Shown here: piece after piece, positions 35,957-44,030 of the stretch
Numbering within the stretch: the first letter of the stretch is position 1
How the letters are laid out: every line of letters starts with the position of its first letter
Source: a virus
Taxonomy: Duplodnaviria > Caudoviricetes
IMG/VR virus record: IMGVR_UViG_3300033182_000063
Coordinates: 1 to 53,714 of that record
Reading direction: 5' to 3' (one strand)
DNA: 53,714 bases
Position numbers and translations under genes: made by a program
Notes under the pieces: generated by a model
The model's input: only the letters and a program-made list of their open reading frames with translations
Told to the model about the DNA's origin: nothing
Database searches by the model: none

Positions 35957-36672
35957 GAGTAATCTCCTTTGACGTACAGGAAGTCGTACTTCTGTGAAGC
36001 ACGGGGGTAGGTGAAGCCACGGTGGTATATGTTGTGCATATACTGGTTGGCTAGGTTGGGGTGAGCGGCTATTTCGCCGATGATTTGCTCGACTGTCATA
36101 CCATCCCACGCATACATTGCTTGCATAGGTTCGGCACTCCAGAAGTGACGACGTTGTGCGTCAGACTGCATACGGTAAATGGCAGAGACAGCAGCACGTA
36201 CTTCTTCTAGCTTTTTCTCTAAGCTGTTACGCACTACACGGTCGGGCATCGACACGTCGATCTGCGCCAGTGGAACAGGGTCTACGTTTGGCTTAGCCCA
36301 GTACGCGTGCAAGTGCTTGAGGTTCTCCGGCATGTGGTGAGCGACATCTGGTACGCGCCAAGTGTCGTTAAGGCGCACTGCTTTCTTACGTTCCCAGTCG
36401 ATAGCCAACTTCTGTTGACCGCCTTGCGATACCCAAGCACGTTTGACCGGCTCGTCAGCATCGGGGCGCAGGTACAGCTCAGGACAGTCAGAGTCAGTAG
36501 TCGTCACGATCTGTATACCGTACTGGTTGTACATGCGACGCACGTCTGGGTCGGTGCTTTTGTCTAACCCAAGCGAGCCGTCCTCGAACTGCACGAACGT
36601 ACCGTCGTCGGCGTAGAAACGTTGGTACTTATCCCATCGCTTCTGGTGGTGTTTGAACTCGAACTTTTTCAT
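35953..36672 (-). CDS. Hypothetical protein
   Basis: GGGAG RBS; ATGA overlaps. Confidence 0.75.
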   Translation of the reverse strand: MKKFEFKHHQKRWDKYQRFYADDGTFVQFEDGSLGLDKSTDPDVRRMYNQYGIQIVTTTDSDCPELYLRPDADEPVKRAWVSQGGQQKLAIDWERKKAVRLNDTWRVPDVAHHMPENLKHLHAYWAKPNVDPVPLAQIDVSMPDRVVRNSLEKKLEEVRAAVSAIYRMQSDAQRRHFWSAEPMQAMYAWDGMTVEQIIGEIAAHPNLANQYMHNIYHRGFTYPRASQKYDFLYVKGDYS

Positions 36673-36866
36673 AGCATGCTCCCTTGTTCCCGAAGGTCTT
36701 GAAGTGATTGAGCTACTAACTCTCTAACCAGTTGTAGCTTTACTTGGGCGCGATCAAGCTCGGGGGACTTGAACTCACCGGTGGTAGCCAACATGTCGTC
36801 AGCCAGTTTGATGGTGTCGTACAACATCTCTAAGCGATCGTTGATAGACGCGTTGTGGAATCTCAT
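36669..36866 (-). CDS. Hypothetical protein
   Basis: ATGA overlaps at both ends. Confidence 0.65.
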   Translation of the reverse strand: MRFHNASINDRLEMLYDTIKLADDMLATTGEFKSPELDRAQVKLQLVRELVAQSLQDLREQGSML

Positions 36867-37243
36867 GACTCTGCTTCCTTAGCTTCTACGTGCTCGGCGT
36901 AGGTCAGCTCGTTATCGGATATGGTTTTGACTGCTATGTCTTTGAGGTTGGGTTTCCAGTCGTCTCCGAAGGCGAACATCTTCATTCGTTGAGGGCACTC
37001 GTCTGCGAACTGCCACGACACTTCCTCCCCAACGATACCGGAGTACCTGAGATCGGAGGTGGTGTAGATGCCGTCATCGTCCGGCAATACTCCGTCATCG
37101 TCATACCAAGTCTCCAAGCCATGAGCGACACGCATCTCTGCCTCGAACTTATCTTCAGCTTGAATGACGTAGTGCTCGGTAAACCAGATGTCGTCAACGT
37201 CATAGTTAATGGTAAATATGAAATAGGTTTCTTGTTTACTCAT
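36863..37243 (-). CDS. Acidic hypothetical protein
   Basis: GGAGG RBS; TAATG coupling; very Asp/Glu rich. Confidence 0.7.
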   Translation of the reverse strand: MSKQETYFIFTINYDVDDIWFTEHYVIQAEDKFEAEMRVAHGLETWYDDDGVLPDDDGIYTTSDLRYSGIVGEEVSWQFADECPQRMKMFAFGDDWKPNLKDIAVKTISDNELTYAEHVEAKEAES

Positions 37244-38421
37244 TACGCCTCCGAGTCGAACTTGATGACTGTGCCCCAGTTGAAGTTCTCGTTGTGGGTA
37301 GTGAGCCAGACAACATCAGAGCTAGGCTGCTCGATATAGTCTTGGTCGCCGTAGCCGTCAGTCAGGTAGATGACGCACTCGATCTCCTCACCGCACTGGT
37401 CAACCCAATCGAACACTGGTTTGAATGACGTACCGCCACCGCCATGTGGACGAAGCGTTACAGGGAAGTCGTCAGGTGTGTACTCAACGACGTTGTTGAT
37501 GGCGGCGTCACAGTAGACGACGTGAACTTTCTCAGGGATACATGAGTGGAGTATCCGGTTGATGTGACCGTTGAACTCGTTAAGCTCACGCTGACCGATA
37601 GAGCCAGACGTATCGACGGCGATAACTACCTGACCCATCTTTGGTATGTAGTCGTAGCCGGGAAGGTACAAGCTGTTAGCCATGAAGCGGCGGTTAGGTC
37701 GTGTCCATGAGTGACCATCTTTCTCTTTGGCTTGCATGTACCGCTCAAGTATCTCGTGCCACGGGGTAGGCACGTTGACCATCTCGTCGATCATGCGCTC
37801 GATAGAGGCAGGTAACTTACCGCAAGCCTTAGCTGCTTTGGCTGACTGGATAGCGTCGATCTTGGCTTGTGCCTCCAGTGCATGCACCTGCGACTCGTCG
37901 AGTGGTTGCCCTCCGTCGTCGACTGGGTCGCCGATGTCGTTGCCGATACCGCCGGGACCTTGACCTTCGCCGTCGTCGTTCTCGTCGTACAGCTCCTCAG
38001 CCGCATGGTCACGGGCACCGTCGAGTGTTACACCGCCGTCGATGAACTCACCTACCTTGGCGTCGATCAGCGTGTCGTTAATGACTTTGTCACATGCCAC
38101 GTTCCAAGCGTTGTGGTCACGGTGTTGTTTCCGCAGGGCATGAGCCAACATGTAGTGCATCGCCTCGTGAGCTAGCAAGAACATAAGCTGCTTGACGTTG
38201 AGCGGTTCGACGAACGCAGGGTTCATGTAGATTTGCCCAGTCGCAGACATTGCCGCAGTTGGGATAGCGTCGGTGTACTTGATCGGACGCTTGGCGACCG
38301 TAGTACCAAAGAAAGGATGGTCGAGGATAAGTAACGCTTTCGCCTTACCTACCTTGCGCTCGACCTCGGCTTGGTTGACCTGAATGCCATCGTTCAAGTC
38401 CTGAATAGCTAACGTAGCCAT
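37243..38421 (-). CDS. DUF2201-type metallopeptidase-vWA protein
   Basis: HEAMH..WNVACD peptidase domain; VDTSGS MIDAS, GGGGTSF, YLTDG. Confidence 0.88.
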   Translation of the reverse strand: MATLAIQDLNDGIQVNQAEVERKVGKAKALLILDHPFFGTTVAKRPIKYTDAIPTAAMSATGQIYMNPAFVEPLNVKQLMFLLAHEAMHYMLAHALRKQHRDHNAWNVACDKVINDTLIDAKVGEFIDGGVTLDGARDHAAEELYDENDDGEGQGPGGIGNDIGDPVDDGGQPLDESQVHALEAQAKIDAIQSAKAAKACGKLPASIERMIDEMVNVPTPWHEILERYMQAKEKDGHSWTRPNRRFMANSLYLPGYDYIPKMGQVVIAVDTSGSIGQRELNEFNGHINRILHSCIPEKVHVVYCDAAINNVVEYTPDDFPVTLRPHGGGGTSFKPVFDWVDQCGEEIECVIYLTDGYGDQDYIEQPSSDVVWLTTHNENFNWGTVIKFDSEA

Positions 38422-38435
38422 GAATTGCTCCTTTG

Positions 38436-39470
38436 TTAAACAAGCCCTGCCATTTGGCTGACAAGGTCATTGATTTGAGTCGCAGCCTTCTCGCGCACCG
38501 ACTGGTTGGCACGGAGTACGTCTTTGTTGTTGGCGTATGTCCCGACTAGACTGCGTAAGTCGTTAATACGTTGTTGGATAGTTGGGTCGTCAGACACGTT
38601 GACACGGTTCATGCGCTCAGCCACGTCGACCATGTTGTCGATCAGTGAGTCACGGAACACCGAGCCGTCGTCGCCGATGTTGACCTTGAGTTTGTCCACT
38701 GCACGCTGCATCGGCTCGATCATCTGCTCGATGACGTGTGTTGCCGCATTACGCTCTGCATCATCCAGTTGGCGTTGAAGGGACGCTTTGTCCTCGTCTG
38801 AGATACCGACACGGAAGTCGCCAGTGGTTGGCACTGGCATGTAACGCACCTCGATACCGAAGCGAGCACGCACCTCGTCAGCGGTTGGATAGTCAGCAGG
38901 GTTAGCCAAGTTGGGTTTGCCTTTAGCCTGAGCGATCTGAGCCAGACGTGTGAGGTCAGCCTGAACCTCTGCATCCCAGTTCTGATACAGGTCGTCGACA
39001 GCAGCGTTAGCCTCGTCGATCAGTTGGCGTAAGCCAGACGTGAAGTCCATGTAGTGGTTGATGTTCAGCAGCTCGACGCCAGTCGTCCACGGCACAGTGT
39101 TGTCCTTCACGAACGAGTAGACCGCAGTGAACTTACTGATCGTATCTTTGACGCGGTTGTTACGTCCCTCGAACAGGTGTTTGTTCACGTTACCTGCGCC
39201 GTACGCATCTGACTCAGCCCTATCGAGTTTGTAAGGCGAGTACATGCGACGCTTGACCTGCACCAGTACAGCTTTCTCGTCGAGGTTCTTGACCTTGATA
39301 ACTGGTGAAGGTGTTGATGCGTTAACAGGTTCAGCTAGCTCAATGTCGTCGAACTTCTCAGCTGGTTGGTCAGCGACGACGGGTGATGAGTCGTCAGCGA
39401 CAGGTGCAGGGTTAGCCTGTGACGCTTCGACAGCCGCAAACGCAGCAGCAAGAGTTGGATTAATAGGCAT
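38436..39470 (-). CDS. Conserved partner of the AAA/DUF2201 module (DUF3150-like)
   Basis: Lies between the AAA ATPase and DUF2201 genes; TVPW and DYP motifs, helical; family call tentative. Confidence 0.6.
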   Translation of the reverse strand: MPINPTLAAAFAAVEASQANPAPVADDSSPVVADQPAEKFDDIELAEPVNASTPSPVIKVKNLDEKAVLVQVKRRMYSPYKLDRAESDAYGAGNVNKHLFEGRNNRVKDTISKFTAVYSFVKDNTVPWTTGVELLNINHYMDFTSGLRQLIDEANAAVDDLYQNWDAEVQADLTRLAQIAQAKGKPNLANPADYPTADEVRARFGIEVRYMPVPTTGDFRVGISDEDKASLQRQLDDAERNAATHVIEQMIEPMQRAVDKLKVNIGDDGSVFRDSLIDNMVDVAERMNRVNVSDDPTIQQRINDLRSLVGTYANNKDVLRANQSVREKAATQINDLVSQMAGLV

Positions 39471-39472
39471 GA

Positions 39473-40486
39473 TTAGTTACCTCCCATAAAGATGTCTTTG
39501 TTAGCAATAGCCCAGTCGATGAACTGCTTGGTCTGCTGCAACGGTGGGTTGAGACGCAGGGCGTCAGTGACGTACACCATCTGGAACTCCTTAGGCAGTC
39601 GAGCCATGTACGCCATGTCACGCTCAAATGAGTCAGGCGCAGAGGTCATCGACAGCGCAGTTGATACAGCGTGACGTACAGCAGGTTCGCTAGGCACCTC
39701 AGCCTTGTCAGGGTGTAGGCGGATTGAGTCGACGCTAGGCATCTTGTTCATAAGGTCACGTGCAGCTACCCATTCAGCAGCGGCACCCTCACCAACTTTG
39801 CCCTCACAAGCGTACATATATAAGTCAGTAGGTAAGGTGTTAGGCACCTCTTTGAACAACTGAGTCCATGCACGTTGGGTCGGGTTGATCGAGCGGTTAG
39901 CATCGAAGTCGTTCAGCAGTGCAGGGCGTAGACGCAAGAACGCTATGCCAAGCGGGTCGACGTCGTTCTCCATAGCCCAACCACACCAGTCGTCGAGTGA
40001 TGTCTCCATCTCGAACTCATACATGCGGTTGTTCAGGTGAGTCAGCAGCTGCTTGGCACCCGCCTTATCCTCCACACGGTTACCGGTGACGATGAAGCGC
40101 ACCTCAGGGTCAAGCTCGAACGTCGGTGTTTTGCGCTCAAGAATGAAACCCGCCGCCCATGTCTGGTGGTGAGTAGATGACTGCGGCAGCTCTTCGAGGA
40201 CGATCAGTCCTGCACCAGTACCTTTGCGGAATTGGTAGAACATCTGAGTCGGGTTAAACACTGTCTGACCCTCATGCACCGATGGCACACCAGTGAAGTC
40301 GACAACGTCGTGGTTGTTAACGTGAACGACAAGCTGTCGCTCGGCAGGGATACCCAACGCGTCACCGATCTGGAGTGCTGCGTCTGACTTACCCATGCCC
40401 GGCTTACCCTTGAGAAAAGGTACAGCGGTTGGTGACTTGGCGAGAATCGCAGTGGTCATCTCGATAACTTGGTTGATACTAGGCAT
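39473..40486 (-). CDS. MoxR-like AAA+ ATPase
   Basis: GKPGMGKS Walker A, IVLEE Walker B variant, TGNR, LNNR, PTQRAW. Confidence 0.88.
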   Translation of the reverse strand: MPSINQVIEMTTAILAKSPTAVPFLKGKPGMGKSDAALQIGDALGIPAERQLVVHVNNHDVVDFTGVPSVHEGQTVFNPTQMFYQFRKGTGAGLIVLEELPQSSTHHQTWAAGFILERKTPTFELDPEVRFIVTGNRVEDKAGAKQLLTHLNNRMYEFEMETSLDDWCGWAMENDVDPLGIAFLRLRPALLNDFDANRSINPTQRAWTQLFKEVPNTLPTDLYMYACEGKVGEGAAAEWVAARDLMNKMPSVDSIRLHPDKAEVPSEPAVRHAVSTALSMTSAPDSFERDMAYMARLPKEFQMVYVTDALRLNPPLQQTKQFIDWAIANKDIFMGGN

Positions 40487-40524
40487 GATTTGCTCCTTTG
40501 AATCACTTTGAAGATGTTTGAATG

Positions 40525-40582
40525 TGTTTACATGTATGCAGATACATACACATGAGTTTACCTGTTAACAGGTTAATGTCAA
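40525..40582 (-). promoter_or_regulatory. Sigma70 promoter overlapped by octamer arrays
   Basis: TTGACA-N16-TAAACT on - strand; boxes at 40525-40540 and 40555-40578. Confidence 0.65.
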
Positions 40583-41052
40583 GCAGCCAACCAGTATGGT
40601 GGTCTGCGGCGGGTGTAGGTCAGGAAGTCAGACTTCTCACCCACGTAATAGCGACGGTAGCTCTCGACAGCATCGTCGCCTTTGTACTGCTCAGGCATAG
40701 CCAGAGCAAATGGGGTTCGCTCACCATCAGGCATATCAGGTGGTGAGTACTGCACAACTGGGCTAAGTCTTAACCACGTACTGTGCGTTTTGTAGTACCT
40801 GTGACGATACTCGTTAGCCAGTGCGATGAAGTGGTCGTACAGCCAACGGTAGTTGGCGCGGTTTGTACTAGCCCAAACAGTACAGGGGTGTTTGGCATGA
40901 GTCGGACGATACAAGGTGTCGTGCTCGTTACCATACTGTCGATGTATGGTCGACAGCATCTGCCCTGTTTCCAAGACCATCTTGACCACGTGCTTGTCAC
41001 ACTGGTACTCAGCAGCGACGAACGGACACTTATCAAGTACGAATATATTCAT
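40579..41052 (-). CDS. Pyrimidine-dimer DNA glycosylase / endonuclease V-like protein
   Basis: MNIFVLD..DKHVVKMVLE..QMLST..HAKHPCTVW..N..WL..AMP..YRRYY. Confidence 0.8.
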   Translation of the reverse strand: MNIFVLDKCPFVAAEYQCDKHVVKMVLETGQMLSTIHRQYGNEHDTLYRPTHAKHPCTVWASTNRANYRWLYDHFIALANEYRHRYYKTHSTWLRLSPVVQYSPPDMPDGERTPFALAMPEQYKGDDAVESYRRYYVGEKSDFLTYTRRRPPYWLAA

Positions 41053-41273
41053 GACTTGTTCTCCTGTCTGGTTTTAACAGTGGCTTCGATGACAGCCATC
41101 GCGTCGTTGATGTGGTCAACGTAGTAGTTAACCGCTCTCACCTCGTCCCGAAGGGTGTCGATCTTCTTCAACCCTTTGGTCAGGTTGTCAGTCATGCGGG
41201 GCAGCGCATCAGTGAGTTGACGCATCTCATCGACGATGAACGCGTACATAGCCAACGTGGTTAGGTCACGCAT
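41049..41273 (-). CDS. Hypothetical coiled-coil protein
   Basis: ATG 41273 after GGAG. Confidence 0.6.
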   Translation of the reverse strand: MRDLTTLAMYAFIVDEMRQLTDALPRMTDNLTKGLKKIDTLRDEVRAVNYYVDHINDAMAVIEATVKTRQENKS

Positions 41274-41463
41274 AAAGTTTCTCCATGTCAGCGTTGAGCA
41301 CCATACGACGGATGTCGAAATGGTTGGGGACTGACGTGCCAGACGGGCGACGGCAGCGTTGGTAGATGATGTGGTCAGCAGTAACTTTGCAGTCACATAC
41401 AGCGATGACCGTTTCATCCCCTGCGCCGTGGTTGAGCACGACGAGATAGACAGTCTTTGACAT
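41266..41463 (-). CDS. Hypothetical protein
   Basis: TAAGGAG RBS. Confidence 0.7.
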   Translation of the reverse strand: MSKTVYLVVLNHGAGDETVIAVCDCKVTADHIIYQRCRRPSGTSVPNHFDIRRMVLNADMEKLYA

Positions 41464-41572
41464 AACAACTCCTTAATATGTTATTCAGTTGGTGGGTGGG
41501 TTGGGGTGTGAGGTGAGCAGTTTAATGTGATGCTCAGCACCCGCATTGCGTTGTGGGGTTCGGGGTTGGCGA

Positions 41573-41914
41573 TCAGAAGGGAATGTGATCCCAGTCGACG
41601 CAGCGATCAGCGCACATACCAACGTAGCCGCCGGTACGGATGAGGGCTTGCAGCTCTGCTGTATCGAGGTAGGTGATGTGATCGGTCGACGGCGTAGCCT
41701 GTGACTGGTGGCGCGATGTAGTCGGGGAATATTTATCGCTGTTGCCAAACCACTCACAAGCTACGTCATCGTAGACGTACATGGGGAAGTGTTCCCCATA
41801 AGAGTAGACAACGTACAAATCGCCAACGGTGGTGGCGTATACGGTCTTGTTATTGTTTTGGAAGGGCAGACGATCAGTTACGACGCTACCCATGTCGCGG
41901 TTATTGATTGCCAT
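41573..41914 (-). CDS. Hypothetical protein
   Basis: AGGAG RBS; YVVYSYGEHFPMY motif. Confidence 0.75.
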   Translation of the reverse strand: MAINNRDMGSVVTDRLPFQNNNKTVYATTVGDLYVVYSYGEHFPMYVYDDVACEWFGNSDKYSPTTSRHQSQATPSTDHITYLDTAELQALIRTGGYVGMCADRCVDWDHIPF

Positions 41915-42113
41915 GCGGTTGCTCCTGCATAGGGTTCATGATCTGCATGAAAGAGATGCACTCGCCCTGATGAGTCGTGCCGTCGGCGTAGTGGAAGGAT
42001 TCGCCGCAGCCAGACATCCAGTTGATGATAAGCCACGCGATGAATACTCCAGAGATGAGCGACGCGACAGTTACCGTCAGCGCACGCGCAAGGTATTTAA
42101 GATAGTTAGACAT
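41901..42113 (-). CDS. Small membrane protein
   Basis: One TM helix followed by NWMSGCGE..GEC; GGAG RBS. Confidence 0.7.
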   Translation of the reverse strand: MSNYLKYLARALTVTVASLISGVFIAWLIINWMSGCGESFHYADGTTHQGECISFMQIMNPMQEQPHGNQ

Positions 42114-42149
42114 TATTATCTCCATAAGGTGTTATTGGGTTAAAAGGGT

Positions 42150-42456
42150 ATTTAGACAGGGTGTGCTAAATAGACGGGGTATTTAGACAGTTGGATTTTG
42201 TCTATTTATTGAAAAATCAAAGGGTTAGGCGGTATATAGACAAATAGACAGTTGTAAAAAGAAGTTCCAAGGGTGGAATGGTGGAGCGCGCGTTTTGCAT
42301 GCCGCACACACATTTCTTTCAAACTTTTATTTTATTTTTTTATTATGTCTATTTGTCTAAATGTCTATATACAGCTCTGGAACCCTTGGTATTACTGGGT
42401 TTTGGTATTTAGACAACTATTTAGACAAAACACGCGTTGGCATATTTTGTCTAAAT
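42150..42456. repeat. TAGACA/TGTCTA iteron-like cluster around an AT-rich core (putative replication origin)
   Basis: 11 perfect copies plus one TAGACG in ~300 bp of non-coding DNA; T-rich tract ~42312-42346; IHF-consensus match at 42215-42227. Confidence 0.7.
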
Positions 42457-42483
42457 AGGGGCACTGGCGTGCCCCGTTGAGGA

Positions 42484-42993
42484 TTAAGCTGCTAAGTCGT
42501 TAGCAGGTTGTACGACATCCATGTAGCGACGCATTAGGTCGTCACGTTGGCTTGGTGCCGCAGTGTGAAGGCGACCTTCCGCTTTAGCCTTCTCAAGTGA
42601 CTTGATTAAAGACTCCAGACGCTTGAACTCGTCCAACTCCTTAACAGCTTGCTCAGTTGTCATGGCAGATTCATACCATGGAGCGGTGTCAGTGAGGTAA
42701 GCCACAACAGCTTCACCATTGGTAAAGTCGGCAGATTTACGCGCTGACTTGTTGATAGACACTTTGCCGTCCTCAGAGATGCGGACAAAGCAGTAATCAG
42801 TTGCCCACTTGACGATGGCTTTTTTGTCCATGCCGGTGGTTGCATCAAGCAGACGCGAGATTGCAGTGAAGTCACCGTGATCGAACACGTGCCCCGCAAT
42901 GTTGCACAACACGACATGAATGTCCTTGTTGATAGTCGCACGACGACGTGAGATTGACGCGATTTTGGTGGTGATTTGGGATTTAGATAGCAT
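42484..42993 (-). CDS. First early gene, hypothetical protein
   Basis: AAAGGAG RBS before ATG 42993. Confidence 0.8.
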   Translation of the reverse strand: MLSKSQITTKIASISRRRATINKDIHVVLCNIAGHVFDHGDFTAISRLLDATTGMDKKAIVKWATDYCFVRISEDGKVSINKSARKSADFTNGEAVVAYLTDTAPWYESAMTTEQAVKELDEFKRLESLIKSLEKAKAEGRLHTAAPSQRDDLMRRYMDVVQPANDLAA

Positions 42994-43013
42994 GATGTTC
43001 TCCTTTGTAAATG

Positions 43014-43445
43014 ACATCGTTAAGCGCACAAGAGGTTATACGCTTAAAGATGTGCCCCGTTGCCGAGGCACAAAAGTACCCAAAGCCGGTGTCTACTAAA
43101 TTTGTCCCCGCGTACTGGTTAACGCTTCGACCGTTCGACACACAAACACGCATAGACTTGTCAGGACATCATCGTGTTTGCACCGCCCATCTATTCCCTC
43201 ACCATCGTGACCTATTCAATGGGTTGCCGTCGTTCCATACACTTCGAGAGTGCCGCGGCTTCAGTCTGCTATACAAGTGAGACCGTCACTTACCGTCGCA
43301 ATCCTGATCCTCACCTGACTCGGCGCAAGAGTGCGCGAGGGGCTTGGGGGCTACTTGGGATTTGCGCGACCGCATAGGCGACCGGCTACCTGTTGTCACT
43401 TCGGGGGTAGACCCTTATCTTTAGAGAGCGGTGACTGGCTCTTAC
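43014..43445 (-). ncRNA. Candidate large structured leader / ncRNA
   Basis: Multiple stems; GNRA loop and G-U pairs favour the - strand; long-range complementarity; no credible ORF. Confidence 0.45.
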
Positions 43446-43640
43446 TAGTGGTGACGCGTAAACAGGTGGGTGGGTACTGACCGACGGGGCACCCCCATAC
43501 GACCCAGCCTTAGGTAGTACATGCATCACAACCCCTATTTTTACCTATATTAGAATTCTCTAATACACATCCACGACCCCCACCCCCTTCGTATATAAAA
43601 AACGCCCCAAAAAATCCCGGCCTAAAATTTGACCCCTATA

Positions 43641-43669
43641 TTGACTTTATGAGTTCACGCGTTAACACT
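43641..43669 (+). promoter_or_regulatory. Putative late promoter with an octamer box in the spacer
   Basis: TTGACT at 43641; AGTTCACG CGTTAACA at 43652-43667, just before terS. Confidence 0.5.
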
Positions 43670-43670
43670 T

Positions 43671-44030
43671 ATGTCCATGAGTACTCAAGTAGATAAAGTT
43701 CGCCAAGAAGCTGAGCTGGAAGGGGCGCCAATCCTTTCTCGTGGTCAGCTACAGATGATCGAAGATGACCCATCCAAGATGGAGACGTTGGCTCGTCTAA
43801 TGGGTGCTGTGAATCTGGATAACCTGTTCCGTCACATGCAGAACCCCAATGTGAATCCGGCAACACGTATCGAGTTTCAAAAAATGTTGAACAAAATGGG
43901 CAAGCTGGAACCCGATCCAAAAGCATCTCTGGATGGAACAGGTCCACAAGTGGTTATCAACATAACTCGTGCAAAAGACGCAGATGGCGGTATGACGATC
44001 GAAGGCAACTCAACGCCGGTAAATGATTAA
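43671..44030 (+). CDS. terS: Terminase small subunit (putative)
   Basis: Size, position and coupling to terL; C-terminal VVINI strand. Confidence 0.6.
   Translation: MSMSTQVDKVRQEAELEGAPILSRGQLQMIEDDPSKMETLARLMGAVNLDNLFRHMQNPNVNPATRIEFQKMLNKMGKLEPDPKASLDGTGPQVVINITRAKDADGGMTIEGNSTPVND

Noticed and set aside
42150-42456. CRISPR-like or satellite array
   Set aside because: Repeats are only 6-10 bp, in both orientations and irregularly spaced
43011-43377. + strand ORFs 43011-43280 and 43174-43377
   Set aside because: No RBS, atypical composition, mutual overlap; better explained as the antisense of a structured leader
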